From NCBI GenBank assembly GCA_013239625.1, contig MU053629.1, forward strand, positions 3,127,567 to 3,191,566: 64,000 bases of DNA, in the 5' to 3' direction. The position numbers were made by a program, and so were the translations under genes. Under the pieces are notes generated by a model that made no database searches, was not told where the DNA came from, and was given only the letters and a program-made list of their open reading frames with translations. Each line of letters begins with the position of its first letter. The first letter of the stretch is position 1. The DNA is from Lama guanicoe (lineage: Eukaryota). Shown piece by piece: positions 27,811 through 40,655 of the stretch.

Positions 27811-28295
27811 TGTAGGGGAGCAAAGTTTGCCACTCTAAAATCTGTCTCTTTGGTATCTTAATTGTTTTAAGCTGGTTATTTTCTGAGAAACAGCAGATAG
27901 GGAAGAGCTCTGAAGATCTAGTAGGAGTTGCCCTTTTGTGAGAAACATTTACATTTGTAAGGGAGATCTCCCTCTTGTATCCAGAAGAAAAGGATGACCA
28001 AATCTCTAGAAACTTCAGTGGAGAAGGTAGCAGTTTAAATCTGCATCACAGCCGCCTTTGTTTGCTGTGCTTTTCCTGGTGACTCTCCCCACTCTCAGTG
28101 TCTTTTGTCTTTAGCTGTGGATGGTATTTAAGTTGGGGCCGTTTTAGTGGGTTACTCAGTTCTCCTGGGTCTCTCCTATGTGTACATGTTATTAAACTTT
28201 GATTTTCTCCTGTTAATCTGTCTTATGTCAATTTAATTCTTAGACCAGCCAGAAGAACCCGGAAGGGTAGAGGAAAATTTCTTCCTCCCTCATAC
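27811..28295 (+). mobile_element. MER34-family (ERV1) solo LTR nested in an antisense L1M fragment (~27630-28590)
   Basis: Starts TGTAGGGGAG...TGCCACTCTAAAATCTGTCTCTTTGG; ATTAAA at 28191; ends CTTCCTCCCTCATA; L1 is contiguous across it. Confidence 0.75.
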
Positions 28296-28772
28296 CCTCT
28301 CCTCCCCAACCCTTGGCAACCACTAATCTACTTTCTCTCTCTTTGGATTTGCCTATTCTGGACATTTTGTATAAATGAAATCATACGATATGTGGCTCTT
28401 GAGTCTGGTTTCTTTCATTTAGCATATTTCCTAGGCTGGTCCATATTGTAGCACATAACAGCCCTTCATTTCTTTTTTACAGCTGAATATTTTCCCACTG
28501 TGTCCCAGGTTTATCCGTTCATCAGCTGATGGACATTTGGTTTGTTTCCACTTTCTGGCCATTGTGAAACAATGCTGCTATGAGAAACTTTTAATTCTGG
28601 GTTATAAAAATTCAGATTGGTTAGTCTTCAGATGTGTTCTTGGGGCTTGTGGTTTCTCAGATTTGAGAAATGCTGCCCCAGGATGACTCCACTGCTTAAT
28701 AAATAAAGAAATTGAGCAGGTCACACAGAATTAATGGAAGCGTCTATGATTCATAGCACAAGCTTGCTATCT

Positions 28773-28906
28773 TTCTCTATGGCTTCTTTTGGGGGGTGGT
28801 AATTAGGTTTATTTATTTATTTTTAATGGAGGTACTGGGGATTGAACCCAGAGCCTCATGGGTGCAAAGCACACACTTTACCATTGAGCTGTACCCTCCC
28901 CGCCTT
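28773..28906 (-). mobile_element. Vic-1-type SINE
   Basis: Head plus tail module; TSD AGCTTGCT(A/G)TCT at 28761-28772 and 28907-28918. Confidence 0.88.
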
Positions 28907-30739
28907 AGCTTGCTGTCTGTCTTATCTATGAGAAGTAGACATCCTGATTTAGGGCCTTCCCGAGGCATCTGTTTGGTTCTTGAATGGCGAGAGTCACCAT
29001 TAGCAGTATGGTTAACTCTTAACTAATAACTCTGGTATATGTTGATCCAGCCCAAATACTTAGCAGCTTTTAATTCTCCAAATTCTTGGCCTGCATACTG
29101 GGAATATTTCCTCAGGCTAAGAGGCAGCAAAAAGAATCACCTGGCCAAACATCCCCATTCAGCCTGCTTTTCTTTGAGTGACCTCCCAGGGGAGCTCTCT
29201 GGACAAATAAAGCTTGTTGACCCACTTTGAAGGCTGAAAAGTTATCCTGTGAGTCACTGGGACAACAGCTAAGTGCCAGGCCCTTGAGAAACTATAAGCA
29301 CAGGCTTCCAGTGTCATTTGTGTCCTGGTAGGGTGGGGCCCGGAATCCCAGGGAGGCCTGCCTCTTCACCCAGCTGCTCCTCCAAGTGGTTTCCAAGCTC
29401 CTCGGCCCTGTGTATGGTGCCGCAGAGGCCCATTCCCGCTTTCCTCCCAGCGGGCTTTGACTCCAGCAGTTCAGAGAGTGCCAGCTGGGTTGCAGGAAAC
29501 CAAAACAAACCCAGATACTTAGAGGAAGACATGTAGTGTTGTTTGGAGCAAGGCCACAGTCTCTCTCTGGGAAGGAAGTGCTGAAGCAGCTATAAAAGTT
29601 TCAAATTAAAGACCTCGAATCCAGAGGCAGTATTTTAAAAGAATACTCACATGAGTGAGGCAGGGCCTTGCAAAAGAGTACCTCCGAGTTACTTAAGGGG
29701 TGTTTTATAATGTTCTGAAGATGCTACTTCCTAAATTACACAAAGAGGTGGAGAAACACAGCCAGAAAACAATGCGGGGAGAACTTGTCACACTGAGAGG
29801 GGGTGGACAGTTTGTGGCCTAGATGGTATGATGTCAGAAAGAGTGCCAAAACCTTTATTTGTCCTCAAATAACTCTCCCATGGGTATAAAGGACTTCTGG
29901 GGGAGGGGGAGCACTAAAGTGGGGGCTTCTAAATATCCAGCACAGCATGAAGACAAAGGAGCAAGTGTTGTTAGGGACAGGTGAGGAGAAAAGTCACCCA
30001 TGTCACCCATGGCCTTGATCTTTTACTTTTTTTTTTTTCTCCTTTAAAGCAACACCTTATTCCAAGTCTTATTCTAGAGTCTTAATCATCAGGAGGATGT
30101 AGTTTTAACACATAAGTGAATCCAGGATTGTATAATTGTATAAATTTATGTTTAGTGGGTGTTTTAAGAGCGTGAGTGACGATTCGATTCCTCCCACTGT
30201 GGAAACGGCACACAAGGTCTCCCTCCTTCGTGGTTTCGGAGGATAAACTTTTGTGCCCGGAAGAAGTGGAAGAAGACCGTTTGATCACCAAGTCTTGGGG
30301 TATCTTTAGCCCTGCCGTTTATTCCCCACCCCCCTTCATGTCTGACTTTCTCCCTTTATCCCTTCTGCTTCTGTCTACTTCTGACAGATCTGGCAAAAAT
30401 ATAGCAGATTTGCAGAAACAGGCTGTTCACTTCCCACCCTGGTGCTGTCACTGCAGATTGCTTCGGGGCTGCTGTCTCCTGGGCTTGGACAAAGTGTCGG
30501 CATCCGTCTTTGTCATCACAAACCTGTGTGTCTGCCTGGGTGCCGGGTGCCTGGCAGAGCCGGCAGGCCAGCCCCGGGCATGCCCTCTGGGTGCTTAGGC
30601 AGAAGACTGAAGGGGAACTAGGGAGACTATTCAGAATTAGACAAGAAAGATAAGAGAGGGGCAGAATCAGGTGAAGGTAAGTATTTCAAGTGTCCAAAGT
30701 TATCTTCCTGATGCATGACAGCAGCAGGCGGGCGGCATT

Positions 30740-30905
30740 GTCCCTTACAACTTGCTGTGATGGTGGAAATTTTCTTCATCCGTGCTGTCCAATATAGTAG
30801 CAACAACGTGGCTATTGAGCACTTGATATGTGGCTGGTGAGGACCTGAAGTTTTAATTTAGTTTAATTTTAATTAATTTAAATAGTCACATATGACTAAT
30901 AACTA
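30740..30905. mobile_element. MER3 (hAT-Charlie) relic
   Basis: GTGCTGTCCAATATAGTAGC...GTGGCTATTGAGCACTTGA signature. Confidence 0.75.
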
Positions 30906-30916
30906 TTATACTAGAG

Positions 30917-31040
30917 TAGAGTGTGTGCTTAGCATGCATGAGGTCTTGGGTTCAATCCCCAGTACCTCCATCAAAAATAAATAAACCTAATTACTTCCCT
31001 CCCCACCAAAACAACAAAACAAAACCAAAAACACCCAAAG
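30917..31040 (+). mobile_element. 5'-truncated Vic-1-type SINE at the end of a MER3 element
   Basis: TSD TTATACTAGAG at 30906-30916 and 31041-31051. Confidence 0.88.
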
Positions 31041-32110
31041 TTATACTAGAGATACCAGAGTTTTCAACAATAGCAGAGAGAAAGTAGGAGGCCAGACATT
31101 GGTGTTTGAGTCTTGGGTTCAAGTCCCAGCTTTCTTATGTTATTAGCTTGAAACCCAAGGCAAGACACTTAACCTCTCTGTACCTCTTTTTACACAGCTG
31201 TGAGATGGGGCCGATAATGTCCACCTTATGGTGGTGTTGTGACAGCTAGGGTGGAAAGGCCCTTGAGTGGGAGAAAGGAGTAATTTACCAGTGTGCTCAA
31301 TCAGCAAAACTGGCCACAAGTTACCTGGGAGATGCCCAGAAGGCCCAGGGGATATGTCAGCTTTTCACAAACCAGGGAACTGTGGATTGACACCTTTGTT
31401 GCCAAATTGTAGCAGTTGCATGAGGATCTCACCTTCACACCTCCTTTTACCTTTTGAGTAATTGGAGTCTTCCGCTTTTATTCTGACAAGCAGTCAAGGC
31501 AAAGACTATGGGTTCCATTTTGCCCATGAGAAAACAGAGACTGGGAGAAAAGAAACTTATTGTCCCAAATATTACGCCGAGGAGGTAACAGAGGAGACAG
31601 TGATGTCCCCCTTGGGTCAGGGGCCAAGGCTCACTGTGTCTCAGGCTGCAGGAAAAGTCCTCAAACCTGTGTGTGGTGCAGAAGAGCCTCTTATCAATTC
31701 TGTTCCCTTCTCCTCTCCAATTGGCCAGAAGTGTGATATTTGTCCTCTTGTTGACCTATTCACAAAAACAAGTAACAAAATTCTGTTCTCTGGGAGGCCA
31801 CAACTGTAATCTCTGCCATCCAAGAAACCTGTACACAGCTCCCACATGACTGAGAAGAGATGCTTTAGTCCTGCTGGCTCATCCTTTCTCTGGCTGAGTC
31901 TGTACTCAGGCACTGAGAATATTTCTGTAGCTCCAGTTTTTAATTTAACCTTTGTACATCCAGTTGCCCATGTCTTTATGCCTGTAATTATTTAATTACT
32001 TTCTTTTAATGCCTGCAAATAAGAGCTCTGTCATCTAAGAAAAGATGGGGGAAAACTGAACCACAGAAACCAAAACTCAGGAAAACCATTTCCCATCTTG
32101 CTGTGCACAA

Positions 32111-32128
32111 CCACGCCCCCTGTTGGCT
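32111..32128 (-). promoter_or_regulatory. Candidate CTCF site
   Basis: Minus strand GCCAACAGGGGGCGTGG closely matches the core CCASYAGRKGGCRS; CpG retained; lies in non-repeat DNA. Confidence 0.55.
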
Positions 32129-32231
32129 TAGATGTGCCAGTTTTAAACTATGAAAAGAATTTCTCTACTATCTGCTTTATGGAGGTCAAACTGATGTACT
32201 ATAAATTACACTATTTAAAGGGTAACAGTTT

Positions 32232-32408
32232 GGGGAGAGGGTGTAACTCAAGTGGTAGAGCTCGTGCTTAGCATCCACGAGGTCCTAGGTTCAATCCCCA
32301 GTACCTCCATTTTTTAAAAAAATTAAATAAATAAACCTAATTACCCACCCCCGAAATAAATAAAGTAGCTTGATGGAGGGGAAAAAGAAAGTTAAAAAAA
32401 ATAATAAT
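32232..32408 (+). mobile_element. Vic-1-type SINE inserted in an old L1 3' fragment
   Basis: TSD AAAGGGTA(A)CAGTTTG at 32217-32232 and 32409-32423. Confidence 0.88.
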
Positions 32409-34147
32409 AAAGGGTACAGTTTGATGAGTTTTAACATGTGCATGTCTGTGAAACCACCAGTCAAGAGAATGAATATTTCCATCACAGACAACTTTTTTAG
32501 GGTCAAACAGCGTGAGTGCTCCCAGTTCAAAACTCACTGGAAAAAGCAAGACCTTCTTCAAAATAGTGGCACTGGCCCCTGCAGGGCCATCTCTGTTTCA
32601 ATCTCAGTTATCATCTGAGAGGCAGCTCTCCATTTGACCTTTGTGTGGCTTTTCCTCCTTCCCCACAGTTACAACATTCCTCGTTCTGTTTAAGGCCCTT
32701 TTCTCTGCTGAATCATTCACTTCTTATCTACAGGCTCCTTTTCAATCTTAAAAACAAACAAAAACAAAACAAAAAATTAAACACCTCCTCCTGCCTCCTC
32801 CCCATTCCTCCCTTCGGTCACTCAGTGCTCTTTCCCCTGCCTGCTTTTCCTGGCCAAACTTCTAGAAATAATTGTCCAAACTCACTCTCTCCACTTCCTC
32901 ACTCCCCACCACTCTCTATCAAAGCCACCCCTCCCCCTGCCACACAGACACTGTTCTTGCCCAGGTCACTCACTGACCTCCCCGTTGCTACATCCAGTGA
33001 ACCCATCTCAGGCCTTATCACAGTCTGACACCACTGACCACCCGGTCCTTTGTTTGGATGTTTTAACAAATATAACTTATGCTCTTTTTAAAAGCATAAG
33101 CATTAGGAGGATCCTCCTAGGCTGGCCCTGTCTCACTGCTGCAGACAGAGCCACCATCGCAAGAACCCTCTGCCTTTTAAGCCACCCCAGTGTACCTCTC
33201 TGGCCTGATCTGCTGATGGCTAGACTGTTTGCTGGCTACACAGACAGCCTGGTGCGAGTGTGGCAGGTGAGCATCGGTACCTGCTAGAATCATGGCAGAG
33301 CTTTAAAAAATAAACTGGTTTTCTGACTTAAAAAAAAGACCCCTCTGCCGTTTAGACAGCCACCTTGTGCAGGTGCCCGGTGGACAGAGTAGCCTCAGGA
33401 AGTGTCAAAAATTAGTCAATGTAGACTTCTAACTGGGGGGAAAGCCCTTACTTGCTCTATTATAGACACCAGAGAAGCTAAGAAATGTTTGTAAACAAAC
33501 ACATAAACAAAAGGAGAAGGGAATGCATTTAGTAATTCTTCAATGCTGATCCTAAGAATTTCTTTCAGTACTGCCCTAGAGATGACATGGTGGCTGGATC
33601 TACATGACTAGTCCCTGTTGGAAGGGACAGGAAGCCTTTCTGGGCCTGGCTTTCCCGATAGCCACCCATTGTTTTAAGCCACCCTAGAGCTTATCACGGG
33701 GGAGAATGATAGGAATGAAGAACATAGGCATCTGGGATCTTGGGAGGCTGACTTGGCAGCTATCAAAGCTTATAGATTTGTATGCACATACCCACAAATG
33801 GGGTTCTCATAAACAATGTTTTTACCCAAGATAAAGTACAAAGCAGGAAATAAAAATCACCCCCCCCAATCTCACCACCCAGAACAACAGCCTTAACAAT
33901 TTTGGTGAGCATCCTTTACACATCTCTATGCTGTATATACACATTCAGGTACGTAGACAGTTTCATACACATGGGATCGTAATTTACATGTGATTCTGTA
34001 ATTGCTATTTTCATTCAGAATATGCAATGGGTAGATTTCCAAGTCAGTAACTATAGACTAACACCGTGATTGTTAATGCTTTCAGGATATTTATAATACA
34101 TGGTTTACTCACCCGGTCTCCTACTGTTGGGCATTTAGGCTGTTTGC

Positions 34148-34252
34148 TTTTGTTTGTTTGTTTTTGGGGGTGGTTATTAGGTTTGTTTGTTTGTTTGTTT
34201 ACAGGACCTCATGCATGCTAAGCATGCACTCTACCACTGAGCTCGACCCTTC
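34148..34252 (-). mobile_element. Vic-1-type SINE with B-box region deleted, inside an old L1
   Basis: Tail module joined directly to the anticodon region; TSD CTGTTTGC at 34140-34147 and 34253-34260. Confidence 0.8.
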
Positions 34253-36583
34253 CTGTTTGCATTTTTTGATACCATATTCTACACAGTGATCCTGTGTTCA
34301 GCTTTTCCCTTTTGTACAGTTTTCTCCTCAGGCTAATTTTTAGAAGTGAACTGGCTCAGTACAATGATGTGTACATTTTATATTTTGATGCAAGTAGGCT
34401 AACTTCCTTGCAGAAATGTTATACCAATTTATTTTCCCACCAACGCTGAATTTAAAAACATCTTTGCCCCACTGCCGTCAACATTAGATTCTATCGACTT
34501 CTGGTTTTAGATGTGGTTTGGAGACTGATACCGTTTGTTTGATCAATTTGAGTATTTTTCTTTCAATAAATTAATCTCATTCTTGTTTATTATTTTAATT
34601 ATTATGGATAGTTTTACTTCTCTAATCTGATTTTGTTTTCTGTTTTTATGCTGCTTTGGCAAATTGTTATTTTCTACTTTTCAGTAGATTCTCTGTGTTT
34701 TCTTTCTGATAATTTTGAGGGTAATTTTGCCTGCTTTTAATTCTGTAAGTGGACATTTGTGCCTTTCATTATATACCTAGATATATCTTTCTCAAATAGT
34801 ACAGTATTTACTGCTCTCTAAAAATAACTGACATTTATTGTATGTTTGCTGTAGCTCATAACACTCCTATGAGGTATGTGGTGGTGTGTGTTCTTCCCTT
34901 CCTCCGATGTGCCCGTATCTCCAGGTCTGAGTCATCTAATCTGAGGGTTTTGTGTACTCTTAAATTCCTTTGGAAAGAAGAATCATACCTTGGTTGGGTC
35001 TGAGTCCAAATAGCTCCTCCTGCCCAATTGGGCAGTGATGATATTTTCTGTTTAGAACCATTAAATGCCTCTCCCTCCCTTCCACCTCCACAACTGCCGG
35101 TAACCCAAGAACATGATTTTTTAACCAGTCTAAGCTATGCGGGTAATCTCATTGGGTCCTCACAGCAAGCCTGTAAAAAAGCCTTTCATCTCCCACGTTA
35201 GGAAAACTGAGGTTTAAAGCAAGAGCACGTGTGATTTGTCTTTGTGATTGGTGCTCTGTGGGTGCACTCAGCTGGTGTCCTTTGATAGCCACAGTGAAAA
35301 AAAAAAAGAATAAAACTGTCAAAAGCAAGACAATTCAGAACAAGTTAAAATTATTTAGGCCCTTGCCAAATAATGTAATTTTAATTGGATGCCATTTAGC
35401 TCTTATCCCTCTGTTGAAAGAAGTTATATTTATGGAAAATTGCTTGAAGTATATAAAAAGTCCATCCTTCCCTCTAAATTAGCATTGTTAAAAGTGGTTG
35501 ATTGGATGTTGTGCAGGATGTTAATTAAGGGTTACCTGAAAAATGAGTATGGTCAACTAATGATAAAAACACTGATTTAAAGTGCTTCAAGAGTTGCTTT
35601 TAATAGGCTAATGTGAACCATGCATCTACAAGATGAAGATTTCATATGCAAACTGATATGGCCTCTATTAATGTCTAATAGGATACTAGTGTTCTGTGGA
35701 ACACAATTTGGGAAACAGTGATGGGTGGGAAGTGGTTTTCCATCAAAAACACACTCATTATTAATGGAAGAAAGTAAGTTCAGTTCTGCTAAGCAGAAAG
35801 CAATTTTTGGAGATAAACAGAAAACAATATTTCATTTATTTGCTTTCAGAATTAAGAACAAAGATCACAAAACTCAATTCAAGTGAGAAGGTGAACCCAC
35901 CTCTATTGGATATTTACTCTATGTTGGCTGTTTCACATTTATTTATTTATCTCAGGCAACCCTGACAGCAACTCTGGGATGGATATCATTTCTCCACATC
36001 ACAGTTAAGGAAAGTAAAGTTTAGAGGAATAATAATTTGCTCAAGATCCACAGTGCTTGGAAGTGAGAAACTAGAACTTGAATCCCAGTCTATGTGATCT
36101 GCAGCCTGTGCTTTTTCCCTCGATACCACTTCTCACACTGTTTAAAAATGTTTTTTTCAATATTAGAGAGTTAAGGGAAAGAAATAGAGGGAAGATAAGG
36201 AAAGAAAACAAGAGAGGAAAGAGATAGAAATAGAGTAAGAAAGGGAAAGGGAGACAGGAACAAATAGAGAAAACCTTGGTTGGTTTGCTTTAAGATAGAA
36301 ACATGGAGTTTGTACAAAGAAAGAAAGGCATAGAGACCGGTACTTTTAAAAAATTCAAACGTAGTTCCTGGAGGTTTGCACACAGAGACAGATACACGGA
36401 AGCTGACTGATGTTTGCACAAAGATATCCCTCTTTTAAAAATGTAGACCTTTGAGTTAGTAATCCCAAAGGTAAATACAGCTAATTATCAGCTAAAATAG
36501 TTTTATTTCTATGTCAATTTGGAAAGTACAGATGTTCTTAAAATCATGTTTTCTTGAATTTTGACTAGAAAAATCTCTACTGT

Positions 36584-36686
36584 TCTTCTTGGAAGATTTT
36601 CTCCAATGGAATGCCGCATTCTCCTATGGAATGCCGCATTCTCCTATGGAATGCCACATTCCATAGGAGAAAATGGTCCCAGAAAA
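36584..36686. repeat. Inverted repeat whose left arm is triplicated as a 20-bp tandem unit
   Basis: Units TTCTCC(A/T)ATGGAATGCC(G/A)CA at 36599, 36619 and 36639; right arm CATTCCATAGGAGAAAAT at 36657-36674. Confidence 0.9.
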
Positions 36687-37239
36687 TCGTTCCTCTCTTG
36701 CGAGTTCTTAGAATATCACTAACAAAGACTTTTAAAGCCAGATGCCACTAATGAGATTATTAGTCATGATATCTGGTGTGATATTTACTGTGTATTAGAT
36801 GAAGTTAAGAAAAGAGCCAAACCTGGCATGGAGTAGAAAGGAGTTCTTCTTCCCTTTCCTAAAATGTTCAGATTGTAGCTAGGTAATGTGCTTTTTGCAA
36901 CACCCAGAATATTTAAAATGTAGGCTTTTGAAATGAGACCGTTGATTCCTTTTGTTCCTTTATAACTAAAGGTCTTTGGAGATAAGGATGGTGATAGGGG
37001 ATACCTAGTGATTGGGCTAAAGACATCTTAAAAAACTATTTGGTAGAAAATAATTTTATTAAAATGAGGAATTGATTAAAATTATGTCTTCTCACTTGTT
37101 TATGTGTTTGTAACTTTTTGCACCATGGGGTGATTTTATAACTGTGTGCATCTGTCAGAATTTGTCACTTTCCTTTTTTATTTTAATTCCTACTATGTTA
37201 TCTCAGCTAGTTATTTTTTTCTTCAAGCTGTTTGTAGGT

Positions 37240-38290
37240 TTACCAGTTCCTTTGCTCACAATTGCATTTGGCACCCACTTCTTCCTTCATAGTTCAGTTT
37301 CTTTCTTCCTGAGTATATCCTTTAATAGCTCTTTCAGGCAGAACCAGTAAAGAGTAAACTCTCAGTCTCTTATGTCTGGAAATGTCTTGCATGAGAGTAT
37401 AGACATCTGATTCTAGGTCATTGTCCCTCAGCAGTTTGGAAGTGATACTCCAGTCTTCTGACACCTGTTTTTGCTTATGAGAAGTCTGCTATACATCTAA
37501 TAAATGGTCATGACTTTGAAAATAAGCTTTATCATCTCTCTGGTAGTTTTAAGATTTTTCCTTTTGACTTTGATGTTCCACAGTTTCATTCCAGTGTGTC
37601 TATATCAGGGTGTGGTGTTATTTTTCCTGCTTAGCTGGTGGGCTTCTTCAATTTAAAAGAAACCAAATCGTCAAAACTTCACCCATATTTTTCTAAATGC
37701 TCTCTCTCCCTACCCCAATTTTCTTTATTTGTAACTCCTATTGAATGCATATGAGATCTTCTCATTTTTTCCTCCATGTCTCTTATTTTTGTTTTTTTTG
37801 AAGTCTCTTTGTGCCATATTTTGTGTGATTTCTTTATACCCAGCTTCCAATTTGTTAATTTATTTTCAGCCATGTCTAATATTCTGTGTAATCTGTCCAT
37901 TAAGTGTTTTTCACAATGATTATATTTTTTGTTGCTGAAATTTCTAATTGGTTCTTTTACCATATTGGTATTTTAATATAGTGTCCTGTTTTTCCATTAG
38001 GTATCTTATTCCTTTGAAAATGTTAAAGAAACTTATTTAAAAATCTCTTTAGATTGTTCGATTATCTTGAGTTTTGGGGGAACCCTTTTTCGTGTTTGTC
38101 GTTTCTGCTTCTCCCTCTTTTAGTCTTCCTCTTAGTGTTTTACGTAATTTGTGATTTTTTGACTTTGTGTTTATGTGCAGGAGGGTTTCCCATGGAGTTC
38201 TGTGTGCCTTGGATTTGAAGGTGTTTATAACAGGTCATCTTCACAGTTTGCTGCTGGCAAGATTTCACTAATTATGGAAGAGTTTTTATG
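37240..38290 (-). mobile_element. Old L1ME-like fragment (ORF1 region)
   Basis: T-rich antisense L1; - strand ORF 37679-37963 resembles a degraded ORF1 coiled-coil (IRDMEEKMRRSHM). Confidence 0.65.
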
Positions 38291-39055
38291 TTGAATTTTT
38301 AGTTCAAGATTTCTGCATCAGATGCCAAATTGTGTGTGTGTGTGTGTGTGGTGCCTGCTTGTGTATGTATGTGTGTAGTGCTTGCCTAAGGATATGTGAA
38401 TAAATTAGTCCTTTCTTTAGTATTATGTAGGCACAGAATTAGCAGAATAAAGTTAAAGGTTTTAAAATCTGTCTCATTTTTCTTAAAGCTGTTTTCAATT
38501 CCGTATTTCAATTTTGTTTCAAAGCAGTAAAAATTGAGCTCTTACTTCCATTCGTTTCTATTGTTGTAAAAAGTAGAGTCTGTTGTTTAAAATTAAATCA
38601 GTGGTTCAATACTTGGGTAATTTTTTCATGCCTTTCTTATTAGCTGTTGCTGTTTTCTCCTCTGGGATGGAAGGCAGTGAGGCTTGAAGAATAGACTTCT
38701 TGTCTACGACTTACAGACTTGATTGGAATGCACTGTGAATTATCCTTGCGAAACTTCAATGATTCACTGCTTGTTGGGGAGTCGGAAACTATTGATTCAT
38801 GTTTTGCCCTAGGAGATGTTGCTTCTCTCTGCTAAGGGTGCGTTGTAGGGCTGGCCTTGGGTTTTCCCTTCGCCAACAAATAAACCATTGCCTAATTTTT
38901 AATCTAGTATGCATGGATATCTGCGGTTCTGGCAGGTAAAGTTTTGATACAGATCTACATGAATTTCCACATCCTCCCCTCAGATGTTAACCAAGTAAAG
39001 CAAACTTCCCAGAGAAATGAGAGATTTCCCTGTCATCAGGGAATATGTTCGAGAT

Positions 39056-39343
39056 CTGCATGGTCCGATAAGGAAATTACGAGCCACGTGTCACCCCTGA
39101 GCATTTGAAATGCGGTCAGTTCAAGTTGAAATGCATTCTGAGTGCAAAATACACGGTATGAAAAAGTAAAATATGTCATTAATAATTATTATATTGATTA
39201 CATGTTGAAATGAGTATTTTGAATATGTTTTGAGTTAAGTGAAATATGTTTTTCGTTTTACCTGCTTCTTTTTACTTTTAAAAAAATGTGGCTAAGTAGA
39301 AAATTTTATTACTCATGCGGCTAGCGTTATCAGACAGCGCTGC
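39056..39343. mobile_element. MER33-like (hAT-Charlie) relic
   Basis: AGCCACGTGTCAC...GAGCATTTGAAATG...TGATTACATGTTGAAATGA...GACAGCGCTG. Confidence 0.7.
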
Positions 39344-40247
39344 TGGCTGCTGTAGAATCTTACAAACAGAGAAATTCGTAAATACTCTAACAAGAACTTA
39401 TTTCAGTTTATTTTCACCCTGTACTTCCATTCACCTTAAACTTTTTTTTTTTTAATTTTACGCTACCATGATTTTTGCAATGAGTTAATGCTGTGCTACC
39501 ACAATGCAGGCTAGGATAAATGCAGGGGTTTTATCTCACCTGGGTGAGGTTCTAAGGTCAGCATATAAGGTGACAATTGGATTTAGTCAAAATTACCCTT
39601 GCAGATCCCTTAGGAAGGTCTCAAGCTGTACCTGACACACACCATCTTCTATTAAGTCCCACAATTTTTTTTTCCGGTATCAGAGCATATCTCTGATTTT
39701 GTTTTTTGTTTTTGTTTTTTGAGACCAGTTAAAGTAGTTGGTTTGTGTTTGGTGCTATGTTACAGAAAAATAAAAATCTTAAATCCACATCACACTCAGC
39801 ATGGAGCGATGCCTGTCTAGGAGAGGTGGGAGGGAACTGGAGTCCCTGTGGGAGCTGCAGACTACACTTCTTTCTTGCATGAGATAGAGAGGGGCATGCC
39901 TGCTTTATTTATTTCTGTCTCTTTCCACCCATCAATCTTTCTCAGTTTCTTTCTCTTTATGTTTGCTAACTTTGGAGTTGAATTTGCATACTTCAGTATG
40001 TAAAGATTTCTCTCTTCTCCAGTTCTACTATTCTGTGAATCTATAATTCTAAAGGTTCAGAAAAAGCTATAATGAGGTTGCAGAGCAATGTGAATGAATA
40101 TAATGCCACTGAACAGTACGCTTAAAATGGTACATTTTATGTTACGTATGTTTCATAACAATCTAATAAAGTCATAAAGAACAATAATTACATACGGTGG
40201 GGTAAGAGTATGGGACTTTGGAGTCAGACAGAATTGGTGAGTGGAAA

Positions 40248-40655
40248 TGTCACAGGTTGGGTTCTTTCAGGAATTGAGTTTAGCATTCAGGATGTTTATT
40301 GTTTAAAATTCTCTTGAATCAATACCTGTGGAAGGGAGAGGTGGGAAGCAGGAGTGGGTACAGGGGAAAATTGGGCTTTGCTGCAGACTCTCCAACAGCC
40401 TCAGTCAGCTTTCAGGGAGCTCTGGAGCAAAAATGTCCCTACAGAGCTGTCCCTGCATTAAACTGAAATGGCCAGGCCTTGATACCCCAACTTCAGCAAT
40501 GTGATCTGTCCCTGGAAGGGTGTAATCATAGAGGAAGTGGCTCTCTGCAGCAAAGGCAATTCCTGAAAGGCTGTCTACAGGCAACACTTCTATAGCTGGG
40601 GCAACAATTCCGTCCTTGAAGGGACATCCGTACAGTGCACTCAAGATGTCACCAC
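40248..40655 (-). mobile_element. LTR16-family (ERVL) solo LTR
   Basis: TGTCACAGGTTGGGTTC start; GGGAGCTCTGGAGC core; similar to the element at 51080. Confidence 0.7.

Noticed and set aside
36599..36658. CRISPR-like array
   Set aside because: Contiguous tandem units with no spacers, in eukaryotic DNA, with no cas genes.
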